From Polyangiaceae bacterium (GTDB lineage Bacteria > Myxococcota_A > Polyangia > Polyangiales > Polyangiaceae): 22,147 nt of DNA. A program made the translations under genes and the position numbers. The stretch is from assembly GCA_044222475.1 (NCBI GenBank), contig JBGANF010000135.1, positions 1-22,147 on the forward strand, written 5' to 3'. Positions 1 to 8,107 of this stretch are shown piece after piece. Below the pieces are notes generated by a model. That model was not told the origin of the DNA. It did no database searches and worked only from the letters and a program-made list of their open reading frames with translations. Every line of letters starts with the position of its first letter. The stretch's first letter is position 1.

Positions 1-84
1 GGCTACGGCGCGGCGTACGCGGTGCTCATCTTCCTCCTCTTGTTCGTCACGTCGCGGGTCACCGCGAAGAAGGGCGAGGCGTGA
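1..84 (+). CDS. 3' end of a carbohydrate ABC transporter permease (MalF/UgpA-like), partial
   Basis: Frame 1 reads GYGAAYAVLIFLLLFVTSRVTAKKGEA*, the typical last TM helix (G.aaA.av.lf) of CUT1 permeases. Its TGA overlaps the GTG of the next permease (GTGA, 81-84). Confidence 0.8.
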   Translation, partial: GYGAAYAVLIFLLLFVTSRVTAKKGEA

Positions 85-902
85 AGAAGCTCGAGCCCTT
101 CCTCGTCCACGCGGCGCTGCTCCTCGCGGTCGCGTTCGCGTTGTATCCGCTGCTATGGGTGCTCTCGACCGCGCTCTCGCACGGGGGTCTCGGCGAGAGT
201 CGCGCGGTCCCGTGGCCCAAGGATCCATCGCTCGACAACTTCCGCGCGGTCGTCTCCACCGGGGTATTCGCGCGCCAAGTCGCGAACTCCGTGCTCGCGT
301 CGGCGGCGACGGCGATCGCGTCGGTCGCGCTCGCGACGCCGGCGGCGTACGCGCTCGCGCGGTTCCCGTTCGTCGGCAAGAAGACGTCGCTCCGCGTGCT
401 GCTGGCGACGCAGATGTTCCCGGCGGTCGCGAGCGCGGTCCCGCTGTACCTCGTGCTCGACGCGCTGCACCTCCTCGACACGCGTACCGGATTGGTACTG
501 GTCTATGCGTCGACCGCGATCCCGTTCGCGATCTTCCAGCTCCGCGGCGCGTTCGAGGCGATCCCGGTCGACCTCGAAGAAGCGGCCATGGTCGACGGGG
601 CGACGAGGTTCCAGGCGTTCGTGCGCGTGGTCCTGCCGGCGGCGCGACCGGCGATCGCGGTGACGGCGCTGTTCGCATTCATGAGCGCGTGGAACGAGTT
701 CATCCTCGCCGCGACGCTGCTCTCGCGCGAGAGCGCGTTCACGTTGCCGGTGGTGCTGCAGCGCTACGTGGGAGAGCACGACGCGGCGTGGGGGCCGTTC
801 TGCGCCGGGTCGATCCTGGTGAGCATCCCGGTGATGGCGTTCTTCTACCTGGCGCAGAGGCAACTGGTCAGCGGGCTGACGAGCGGTGGCGTGAAGGGGT
901 AG
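81..902 (+). CDS. Carbohydrate ABC transporter permease (MalG-like)
   Basis: EAA loop (LEEAAMVDGATRFQAF), AWNEF motif, TLPV, C-terminal QRQLVSGLTSGGVKG and about six hydrophobic segments. Confidence 0.95.
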   Translation: MKKLEPFLVHAALLLAVAFALYPLLWVLSTALSHGGLGESRAVPWPKDPSLDNFRAVVSTGVFARQVANSVLASAATAIASVALATPAAYALARFPFVGKKTSLRVLLATQMFPAVASAVPLYLVLDALHLLDTRTGLVLVYASTAIPFAIFQLRGAFEAIPVDLEEAAMVDGATRFQAFVRVVLPAARPAIAVTALFAFMSAWNEFILAATLLSRESAFTLPVVLQRYVGEHDAAWGPFCAGSILVSIPVMAFFYLAQRQLVSGLTSGGVKG

Positions 903-1007
903 CGGGTCGCCGTCCCGTGGACGACGGCCGCGGCGCAACGCCTGCGCAAGCGCGCGGACGTTTCACCGGTGCGCCACCCAGCAGTCGGCGAAAGGCGCCA
1001 CCGAATC

Positions 1008-1023
1008 TGGCACCGATCCTGCA
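1008..1023 (+). promoter_or_regulatory. Putative sigma54 (-24/-12) promoter
   Basis: TGGCAC-CGATC-CTGCA has GG-N10-GC spacing and lies 14 nt upstream of ATG 1036. Confidence 0.65.
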
Positions 1024-1035
1024 GAGCTTCCAACC

Positions 1036-2097
1036 ATGGTCGTGGAGCCTTCGTCCTCCGGCTTGCGCTCTGGCGTGCGGGGCCGAGGCTTCCTGTTTGC
1101 TTTCTCCACCGGCACTCTGCTCGTGGCCTTCCTCGCGTGTAGTGGCAGCGACACGGGCGCGGGCGCGGGCGGCACGTGCGACAGCTGGTACGAAGCGATC
1201 ACGACGTCAGCTCAGTCGTGCGACAGACCGCCGACCTCGGGCACTCGCTCCGACTTCGTCGCGTTCTGCACTGCCTTGGCGAACGCCCCCGGGTCCAACG
1301 TCACAATCGGCGTCCTCAGCGACTGCGGGACCGCCGTGAACGTGCAGTGTTCGGGCACCTGCAACCTACCGCCAGGGAACCTAGCCGACGGAAGCGCATG
1401 CAGCGAGGGTCTCCAGTGCGCGAGCGGCAGGTGCACGGCGAGCTGGGGCAGCAACGGCCCGAGGTGCGGCATATGCGCCAAAGTTGCCAAGGAAGGCGAG
1501 GCCTGCGGCAGCGGCCCACCGAACTCCCTCCCGTGCGGTCCCGGGCTGAGGTGCTGGCAGTACGCGTGCGTGAAGGACGTCGTGATTCCAAGCGGTGGCG
1601 CATGCTCGGGAGGCGGACCGGAGGGTGAGCACTGCGCGCCCGGCACCATCTGCATCCAGACCTCGAGCGCAACGGGAGTCTGCGCACCCCCTCCGAAAAA
1701 GGGAGAGGCGTGCAAGGGCCGATGCGACACGAACCTTTGGTGCTCACCAGACGGGGCCGGTGGTGGTACGTGCGCTGACAAGGTCGACCTCGGCGCACCA
1801 TGCACGGGCATCGATCCCATCTCCGAATGCAAAGGGAACTCCCACCTCGTCTACTGCGACACCGCCGGCAGCCACACGTGCAGCCTCAAGAAGGTCGCGA
1901 GGGCCGGCGAAGCATGCGGCACGTTGTCGGTCACGTGCGACGTTGGGCTCCTGTGCCCGACTTCGGGGTCGGCCTCTTCCACGTGCATCGCAAGGAAGAA
2001 GAACGGCGAAGCCTGCGCGCCGACCGACTGGTGCGACGATTACCTCGTCTGCTTCGGCGGGAAGTGCGTCGTCAGCGATCCTGCGCTCTGCAAGTGA
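1036..2097 (+). CDS. Cysteine-rich lipoprotein with repeated GE.C...C..GL.C modules (myxobacterial type)
   Basis: Hydrophobic signal ending in LVAFLAC-SGS. About 6-7 short disulfide-type repeats (e.g. EGEAC..CGPGLRC, AGEAC..CDVGLLC, NGEAC..CDDYLVC). The start could be ATG 1036 or GTG 1075. Confidence 0.8.
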   Translation: MVVEPSSSGLRSGVRGRGFLFAFSTGTLLVAFLACSGSDTGAGAGGTCDSWYEAITTSAQSCDRPPTSGTRSDFVAFCTALANAPGSNVTIGVLSDCGTAVNVQCSGTCNLPPGNLADGSACSEGLQCASGRCTASWGSNGPRCGICAKVAKEGEACGSGPPNSLPCGPGLRCWQYACVKDVVIPSGGACSGGGPEGEHCAPGTICIQTSSATGVCAPPPKKGEACKGRCDTNLWCSPDGAGGGTCADKVDLGAPCTGIDPISECKGNSHLVYCDTAGSHTCSLKKVARAGEACGTLSVTCDVGLLCPTSGSASSTCIARKKNGEACAPTDWCDDYLVCFGGKCVVSDPALCK

Positions 2098-2238
2098 GGA
2101 AGTGATCTAGAGCGGCCCGCGCTCTGGCCGTCGACGTTTGCACGACGCGTGCGTGAACGTTGCTCCGTACAAACCGTTGATCGCCGCTCGGGCTGGCGTG
2201 AGCACGGTCACCTCCACGTAGTATCGTCGGCGTCGAAC

Positions 2239-2652
2239 ATGGAACCGCTCCACCCCAACTTCATCCAAAGCTACTTCCACGGCACCAAGGCGAGCCTCTC
2301 CATCGGAGAGCTCGTCGCTCCGGGCAACGACGCCAACTACGGCGAGCGGAAGGCCAAGTTCGTCTACGCCTCGTCGAACCTGAACGTCGCGATCTGGGGA
2401 GCCGAGCTGGCGGTGGGAGACGGACCCGGAAGGATCTACGTCGTCGAACCGGTGGGAACGGTCGAGAACGACCCGAACCTCACCGACAAGAAGTTCCCGG
2501 GCAACCCGACGAACTCCTTTCGAGCGCGGGAGGGATTCAGGGTCGTGGCGGAGGTCGTGGGTTGGGTCGGACACGCTCGCGAGGAGATCCAAGCAGTGAG
2601 AGACAAGGTCGACCTCGCGATCAAGAGCGGCGCGCCGATCCTCGAAGAGTGA
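2239..2652 (+). CDS. arr: NAD(+)--rifampin ADP-ribosyltransferase (Arr family), 137 aa
   Basis: Family motifs YFHGTKA, FVY, AIWGAELA.GDG.GRIYVVEP.G..ENDPNLTDKKFPGNPT.S.R and W.GH. The His/Tyr/Asp catalytic positions are present. Start set at ATG 2239 (MEPLHPN). Confidence 0.95.
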   Translation: MEPLHPNFIQSYFHGTKASLSIGELVAPGNDANYGERKAKFVYASSNLNVAIWGAELAVGDGPGRIYVVEPVGTVENDPNLTDKKFPGNPTNSFRAREGFRVVAEVVGWVGHAREEIQAVRDKVDLAIKSGAPILEE

Positions 2653-2772
2653 TCCGGAGCGTCTCGCGCACTCCGCACGTACTCGAAGCCGACCAGCGGA
2701 CGTCGACACCGTCATCGATCCGTCCTCGATCAGCTCGATCGTTTCGCCGCGCGGCTGTCGCGTTGGCGCGTC

Positions 2773-2795
2773 GGTCGATGTTCGACTCATCGACC
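2773..2795. promoter_or_regulatory. Perfect 8-7-8 inverted repeat upstream of the hydrogenase promoter (candidate regulator site)
   Basis: GGTCGATG-TTCGACT-CATCGACC ends 22 nt upstream of a TATACT -10 hexamer. Confidence 0.4.
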
Positions 2796-2817
2796 TGCCC
2801 GCCCGGCCGCCCGCGGC

Positions 2818-2823
2818 TATACT
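2818..2823 (+). promoter_or_regulatory. Putative sigma70 -10 element for the hydrogenase gene
   Basis: TATACT, 17 nt before ATG 2841, in a very GC-rich context. Confidence 0.5.
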
Positions 2824-2840
2824 CGTCGAGTTTGAACACC

Positions 2841-4925
2841 ATGATCACGCTTTCGGTCAACGGACGAACCGTCGAGGTCGAAGACGGATCGACACTGCTC
2901 GACGCTGCCCGGGCAGCCGGCGTTCACGTACAGACGCTCTGCCACTATCCGCGTCTGCCGGCCAATGCGGTGTGCCGCATGTGTCTGGTCGACGTCGAGG
3001 GGGAGGCTCGCGCGCAACCGGCCTGTGTCACCAAGGCCAAGCAGGGCGATCACGTAGTGACCGACTCCAAGGAGCTGGAGCAATTTCGCAAGGGCAACAT
3101 GGAGTGGCTGCTGGCACGCCACCGCGACGATTGCATCCGATGTGAAGTCGCCGGGGCCTGCAAATTCCAGAGTCTGGTCGCCGAATACCAGCTGCAGGAC
3201 CGGTGGCAGAAAGTCCCGCGCGGATCCGCCGCACACCCGGAGCATGCGCTCACGAACCACACTTCGCCGAGCATCTGGCGCGACCTGGACAAGTGCATCG
3301 AGTGCGGCCTGTGCGTCGAGGCGTGTGGCGAAGCCGGGCAGCGCCAGTTCGTGATCGGGTTTGCCGAGCGTGGATCGGAGCGCCTTCCCGTCACCGTATT
3401 CGATCGCTCGCTGGCCGACACCAATTGCATCTCGTGCGGCCAGTGCACGCTGGTCTGCCCGGTGGGCGCGTTGATCGAAGCGCCGCACTGGCACGAAGTG
3501 CTGCATACGCTCGATTCCCGCCGGCGTGTCTCCGCGGTGCAGGTCGCGCCGGCGACGCGCATCGCCATCGGCGAGGAGTTCGACATGAAGCCCGGTACGG
3601 TCAGTACCGGCCGGATGATCAACGCGCTGCGACTGCTGGGCTTCGACTACGTGTTCGACACCAACTTCGCCGCTGATCTGACCATCATGGAGGAAGGCAC
3701 CGAGTTGCTGGCGCGCCTCGAGAAGCGGCAAAACCTGCCGCTGTTCACCTCGTGCTGTCCGGGATGGGTGAACTGGGTCGAGATCAACCGTCCTGATCTG
3801 CTGCCGCACCTGAGCACCACGAAGTCACCGCAGCAGATGCATGGCGCACTCACCAAGCGGGGGAGCTTCGCGCGCGCGCTTGGCCCGGACTTCGCGGCCG
3901 GCCGGACCGAACCCTACGTCGTCAGCGTGATGCCCTGCACCGCCAAGAAGGACGAAGCCCTGCGGCCTGGCGTTTCGGGTGACGTCGATCACGTGCTCAC
4001 GACGCGCGAGCTGGCCCGGATGATCAAGGCGCGAGGCATCGTATTCGGCGCGCTGCCGGAAGACGGCCGATTCGACAATCCGCTGGGGGAGAGCACGGGT
4101 GCAGCGCAGCTGTTCGGCGCGACGGGTGGAGTCATGGAAGCGTTGGTGCGGACCGCCGCGCATTTTCTCGGCACGGAGAGCTCGATGTCGCTGGAGTGGC
4201 AGCAGCTGCGGGGCGTAGACCAGGCGGTGAAGACCGCCGAGGTCCCAGCCGTGGGCAAGGTCGCCATCTGCAACGGCATCGCGGCTGCGCAACGACTGCT
4301 GGAGACGGACGCCTGGCGCGAGGAGTACGTCGCCATCGAGGTGATGGCGTGCGTCGGTGGCTGCCTGGGCGGCGGCGGCGAACCCAAGTCCATGGACCCG
4401 CTCATTCTCGAGAAGCGCATGCAGGCCGTCTACGAAGTGGACAGGCAGGCGCCACGACGACGCTCCCACGAGAACCAGGACGTGCAGTCGCTGTATGCCA
4501 CGGTGTTGGGGCACCCCAACTCCGCGCGCGCGCACGCCCTGTTGCACACCAGCTATGCCGGACGACAATCCAGGCGTCTGCTGCTGATGCGGTTCCTCGA
4601 CTGCGTGGACAGGCGGGATGGCCGCGCCGCAGCCGAGCTGCTGCATCCGGATGCGGTGTGGTGCACCGCGTCGCCATTCGGCGACCTCCACGGCGCTGCC
4701 AACATAGAGGCGTTCATCGACGGTCGACTGCCGCCCCGCGGGTATGGCCCGGCCTATCTGCGGCATCGGATGGAGTCGCCCGCGAATGTCGATGATCTCC
4801 GGGTCCTGACGCCGGCGGGCGAGAGCTGCCGGTTCAGCGTGGATGTGGAGATGCTCGACGTGGCTGGCCGATCCGGAATGGTGATCCGTCGATTGGTGCG
4901 GATGACGGATACCGCTCCGATCTGA
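2841..4925 (+). CDS. hydA: Group A [FeFe]-hydrogenase catalytic subunit (M3: 2Fe-2S, His-ligated 4Fe-4S, 2x4Fe-4S, H-cluster, small-subunit segment) fused to a C-terminal SnoaL/NTF2-like domain, 694 aa
   Basis: 2Fe-2S: LCHYPRL..NAVCRMCLV..PAC. His-ligated cluster: HRDDCIRCEVAGAC. Ferredoxin motifs: CIECGLCVEAC and CISCGQCTLVCP. H-cluster motifs: L1 TSCCPGW (3747), L2 MPCTAKKDE (3930), L3 EVMACVGGCLGGGGEP (4338). Small-subunit segment RRSHEN..LY..HALLHTSY, then about 122 extra aa. Start set at ATG 2841 (MITLSVNG). Confidence 0.95.
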   Translation: MITLSVNGRTVEVEDGSTLLDAARAAGVHVQTLCHYPRLPANAVCRMCLVDVEGEARAQPACVTKAKQGDHVVTDSKELEQFRKGNMEWLLARHRDDCIRCEVAGACKFQSLVAEYQLQDRWQKVPRGSAAHPEHALTNHTSPSIWRDLDKCIECGLCVEACGEAGQRQFVIGFAERGSERLPVTVFDRSLADTNCISCGQCTLVCPVGALIEAPHWHEVLHTLDSRRRVSAVQVAPATRIAIGEEFDMKPGTVSTGRMINALRLLGFDYVFDTNFAADLTIMEEGTELLARLEKRQNLPLFTSCCPGWVNWVEINRPDLLPHLSTTKSPQQMHGALTKRGSFARALGPDFAAGRTEPYVVSVMPCTAKKDEALRPGVSGDVDHVLTTRELARMIKARGIVFGALPEDGRFDNPLGESTGAAQLFGATGGVMEALVRTAAHFLGTESSMSLEWQQLRGVDQAVKTAEVPAVGKVAICNGIAAAQRLLETDAWREEYVAIEVMACVGGCLGGGGEPKSMDPLILEKRMQAVYEVDRQAPRRRSHENQDVQSLYATVLGHPNSARAHALLHTSYAGRQSRRLLLMRFLDCVDRRDGRAAAELLHPDAVWCTASPFGDLHGAANIEAFIDGRLPPRGYGPAYLRHRMESPANVDDLRVLTPAGESCRFSVDVEMLDVAGRSGMVIRRLVRMTDTAPI

Positions 4926-4970
4926 AACGCTGGCGCGCGAGTCGACGGAAGACCGCTCCCTCGCGGCCGC

Positions 4971-4986
4971 CGGAGCGGCTGCTCCG
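4971..4986. terminator. GC hairpin between convergent genes (possible terminator, no U-tract)
   Basis: CGGAGC-GGCT-GCTCCG lies between the hydrogenase stop and the stop of the convergent gene. Confidence 0.25.
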
Positions 4987-5009
4987 CCACCTCCGAGCGT
5001 CCCGCCGCT

Positions 5010-5756
5010 TCACGAAAGAACGCGGAGCAAGATGCGTTCGCGCGTGCCGTCGCGCGTGGTCACCGTGAGCCACCGATCGCCCTGATGGGCAGTCCAGATC
5101 TCGACCGCACCCGTGCGCGGAGTGACGTCGACCTCGTCGGTGTGGCAGTCACCGAACGAGCATCCCAACGGTCCACCGGCGCGCAGCAAGACCGCGGGGT
5201 CCGACTCCGGTGGCGTCAGCGTGAGGGTCACGCCGGAGCTGGCGATGAGCTCGGCGCCGTTCGCGTCGAACGCGTGCCAACCGAGCCGATGGACTCTGTT
5301 GGGACGGAGCGCGGCGGCGTCGGCGTCCTCGACTTCGACCGTGACGCGCTCGGCCGTCTCGACGTCGATCACGAAGGTGTCGACGAGGTGGAAGTCGCGC
5401 CGCGCCAAGACCTGGAGCGAGACTCTGCCGGCGGCTCGGGTCTGGAGATCGAACTGGGGCTCGGTGGTCGTGTCGTTCTCGTTGGCGACCTTCGCATCGT
5501 CGCTGACGACCCACACCGGTTCGCGGACGCCGCGCAGCCCGTAGCGCACGGTGCTCCCGGCGAGCACGGGCCGACCGGCGTCGTTGCCGCAGTCGGGGAC
5601 GAGCGAGGCGGTCGTGTCGTCGCAAGCCGAGATCTCGAGGGCGCCGGTTCGACCTTTCGTCCAAACATGGCGATCGACCGGAGCGAGGTCGCCGCACGCG
5701 AGAAGGGATGCCGAGCCTGCGAGAAGGAAGGGGATGAACGCTGGAAGAAGTTTCAT
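5010..5756 (-). CDS. Hypothetical lipoprotein, beta-rich (possibly two Ig-like domains), 248 aa
   Basis: MKLLPAFIPFLLAGSASLLAC-GD lipobox. Start reassigned to ATG 5756, which has a sigma54 motif just upstream. Confidence 0.75.
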   Translation of the reverse strand: MKLLPAFIPFLLAGSASLLACGDLAPVDRHVWTKGRTGALEISACDDTTASLVPDCGNDAGRPVLAGSTVRYGLRGVREPVWVVSDDAKVANENDTTTEPQFDLQTRAAGRVSLQVLARRDFHLVDTFVIDVETAERVTVEVEDADAAALRPNRVHRLGWHAFDANGAELIASSGVTLTLTPPESDPAVLLRAGGPLGCSFGDCHTDEVDVTPRTGAVEIWTAHQGDRWLTVTTRDGTRERILLRVLS

Positions 5757-5768
5757 GACGCGGTGTAC

Positions 5769-5784
5769 TGCAACCGTTGCGCCA
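5769..5784 (-). promoter_or_regulatory. Putative sigma54 (-24/-12) promoter
   Basis: Minus strand reads TGGCGC-AACGG-TTGCA, a near-consensus motif 14 nt upstream of ATG 5756. Confidence 0.7.
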
Positions 5785-5970
5785 GTGAGAAAGCGCGCGC
5801 GAAAGCCTCGAGTGCTCGTCGCCCGTGAACGGGGCATCGAGCTGACGCGTAATCGCACGTTGTTGGTCATTTCGACGGGTTCACGGCACGGGTAGCTCGA
5901 CGTGGCTTGGCGGGCCGCCGCGAGACTCGACGCGCCGAACGTTTGCGAGCACTCTAAGGATCCCCATCGC

Positions 5971-6783
5971 ATGCTCTTTCGCCGCTCACTCGCGCTGCTG
6001 TTCGTCGTCACGTTTGCGGCTCCGGCCATCGCCCAGCAGCTGTGCGTGCCCGGCACGCCGTACTGCGTTCAGGTGAACGGTCAAGGGGGCGTCAGCGTCA
6101 CTGGAAGCGCGTCGGGGCAGGTCGGCGGGCAAGTCGGAGGGCAAGGCACCGCGCAAGGCACCGCGCAGGTGGGTGGACAGGGGACCGCGAGTGTCCAAGG
6201 TGGCGGAACGAGCACGCAGCAGCCACCACCTCCACCTCCGCCGCCCCCTCGATGGCGTTCGGGCGGTGGCACCGACGTCCGACCCTACCGGCCGTCGTCG
6301 GGACCGCCATTGGAGAAGGGCTTCGGCATGTGCTTGTTCGGGCGCGCCGGAGCATGGTCGGGATATCGCGGCGGCGGATGCATCGGCTTCGCGTTGCGCG
6401 CACCGTCGGGGCTCGGCTTCGACTTCGAGCTCGTCGTGCTCGGGGGTGGAACCGTGACATCCGTCGACGTTCTCCTCCGTCCCGTTCTCATCGTCCCGCT
6501 CGCCGGTGCCGGCCCATACTTCGACAAGCTCGGGCTACGCATCGGGGCCACGATGGTGGGGATGAGCATCGCGACGCAAGGCGGAAAACCTTACTTCCGC
6601 TTCGGTGGCTCCGTCGGCCTCGCGTACGAAGTTTCACTGAGCCGTTCGCTCGCGTTCCGGATCCTCGAGGCGAGCTTCTACGTGGAGGGCCGTGTCGGGA
6701 CCCGCAAGTCCGCATACATGGACAACTTTCAATACGACGCGGACCTCGGTCTCATGCTGTCGACGGCGCTCGTCTTTCACTGA
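5971..6783 (+). CDS. Secreted protein with a Gly/Gln-rich N-region, poly-Pro linker and probable outer-membrane beta-barrel C-domain, 270 aa
   Basis: Sec signal MLFRRSLALLFVVTFAAPAIA-QQ, GQVGG repeats, nine consecutive Pro, then amphipathic strands ending LMLSTALVFH. Confidence 0.75.
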   Translation: MLFRRSLALLFVVTFAAPAIAQQLCVPGTPYCVQVNGQGGVSVTGSASGQVGGQVGGQGTAQGTAQVGGQGTASVQGGGTSTQQPPPPPPPPPRWRSGGGTDVRPYRPSSGPPLEKGFGMCLFGRAGAWSGYRGGGCIGFALRAPSGLGFDFELVVLGGGTVTSVDVLLRPVLIVPLAGAGPYFDKLGLRIGATMVGMSIATQGGKPYFRFGGSVGLAYEVSLSRSLAFRILEASFYVEGRVGTRKSAYMDNFQYDADLGLMLSTALVFH

Positions 6784-6806
6784 CGTACAGCGTCGCGACG
6801 ACAGGA

Positions 6807-8018
6807 TTACTTCGCGACGCGATAGATGGCCGTGTTCGTGGCGTAGTACACGAACTTCGCGTCCGTGCGCATCATCGTCACGCCGGGGACGTTCGTAGCC
6901 AACGTTCTCGGGCTCGGCTTGCAGCCGGACAGCGGGCACGTCTTCATCTCCGACGTGTCCGCGTTGTACCAGTAGATGCCTTGCGCATCGACGCGGAGGA
7001 TCGTCGGGTACGGCTGAAGGTTCACGAGCACGTTCGGCGTCGTGCACGTGCCGGTGTTCGGGCACTCGGTGATGGTGCCCTTCGAATAGCCGCTGCTGTT
7101 CGAGTCGAGGACGTAGACCTTGCCGCCGAACGCTGCGGTGTTGAGGGAGGCCGCGTTGCTGCCCGTCCAGAGCGTCGTGGGCGTGCAGGTGCCGGAGGGA
7201 GGGCACTTCGTCAGGTAGTGCGTCGTCGGATCGATGTAGTACACGCCGCTGGAGTCGGCGGACAAGCCGACCCGCGGCCAGTACGCCGTACCCGCGATCA
7301 AGTTTTCGGCCGCGCTGCACGTGTTCGCCGCGCTGCAGCTCGCGTGGACCAGGTTCTTGTAGAACGTCCAGTACGCGTCGTTGCCGCTCGTCGCGAGGTC
7401 GTAGCCGAACGACTGCAGACCCGCATTCTGCAAGGTGATCGGCGAAGTGCTGCAGCCGCCGATCGGATCGCAGGCAAACAGACGGGGGCGGCCCGGGTTG
7501 CTTGCGAGCTCGCCGAAGAACGCGACGTTCAGGCCCATCAACATCACGTTGCCGCCTTGGTTCGACTGAGCGACGAAGCCGGGGGAACCGACGCTCGTCG
7601 GAGCGAGCTTGCAGCCAGAGCTCGGGCACTTGACGATGTCGGTCGTGTTCGTCGGCGCGGGAACGAAATAGAGGTTCGTCGCGTCCACGTCGAACGCGGG
7701 ATACGTGGTCGTGACCAGGCTCACCGGTTTGCACTCGCCGAGCACGCACTGACCGCCGCCGCAATCGTGGCCACACGCGCCGCAGTTCGTCACGTCGCCC
7801 GAGATGTCGACGCAGGAGCCGTTGCACGCGATGACGGTGCTGCCGCCGTCGCAAACGAGGGGTGAGTCCGTGGCGACGTCGATCGCCGAGTCGTTTCCTT
7901 GTTGGACGTCGTTGCCGCCTCCATCGGTTCCGCCGCCGTCCGGCTGTGCGGGAGCAGGAGCATCGCCCACACAAGCGACGAGGAGTGACAAACCCAAGAA
8001 ACCGACGAGAAACCGCAT
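6807..8018 (-). CDS. Cys-rich lipoprotein: STIG1-like module followed by a beta-propeller-like repeat region
   Basis: Lipobox LLVAC; CVDISGDVTNCGACGHDC motif; repeated blades such as DATNLYF, DSSGVYY, DAQGIYW and DAKFVYY with KCP.SGC loops. Confidence 0.85.
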   Translation of the reverse strand: MRFLVGFLGLSLLVACVGDAPAPAQPDGGGTDGGGNDVQQGNDSAIDVATDSPLVCDGGSTVIACNGSCVDISGDVTNCGACGHDCGGGQCVLGECKPVSLVTTTYPAFDVDATNLYFVPAPTNTTDIVKCPSSGCKLAPTSVGSPGFVAQSNQGGNVMLMGLNVAFFGELASNPGRPRLFACDPIGGCSTSPITLQNAGLQSFGYDLATSGNDAYWTFYKNLVHASCSAANTCSAAENLIAGTAYWPRVGLSADSSGVYYIDPTTHYLTKCPPSGTCTPTTLWTGSNAASLNTAAFGGKVYVLDSNSSGYSKGTITECPNTGTCTTPNVLVNLQPYPTILRVDAQGIYWYNADTSEMKTCPLSGCKPSPRTLATNVPGVTMMRTDAKFVYYATNTAIYRVAK

Positions 8019-8024
8019 TGGAGA

Positions 8025-8033
8025 AGACTACCA
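8025..8033 (-). promoter_or_regulatory. Extended -10 element, leaderless layout
   Basis: Minus strand TGGTAGTCT sits 6 nt before ATG 8018. The same 9-mer precedes ATG 18088. Confidence 0.55.
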
Positions 8034-8107
8034 CGTCGCCGATCTTGTTGCGCACGCTCACCACACGGTCGGGCGGACCGGAGGGAGTACGCGAGACGCA
8101 TCGACGC

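Noticed and set aside
2773..2795. Canonical FNR/CRP box
   Set aside because: The half-sites are TCGAT/ATCGA separated by 9 nt, not TTGAT-N4-ATCAA.
2562..2840. 93-aa N-terminal extension of the hydrogenase in the ORF track
   Set aside because: It overlaps arr, is low-complexity Arg/Ser-rich, and spans the TATACT promoter. The 2Fe-2S domain starts at MITLSVNG (2841).
2098..2840. arr as an integron gene cassette
   Set aside because: No recognisable attC (RYYYAAC...GTTRRRY) or integrase in the window.
2841..3500. NuoG or formate dehydrogenase alpha subunit, or a Nar1-like non-catalytic protein
   Set aside because: The shared N-terminal Fe-S module is followed by complete H-cluster motifs, including the second Cys of TSCCP and the L2 Lys, not by a molybdopterin domain.
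6110..6250. Short GGNCARG-type repeats and a CCN run as CRISPR or VNTR
   Set aside because: They are codon-level repeats encoding GQVGG and poly-Pro. There is no repeat-spacer structure and no cas gene.
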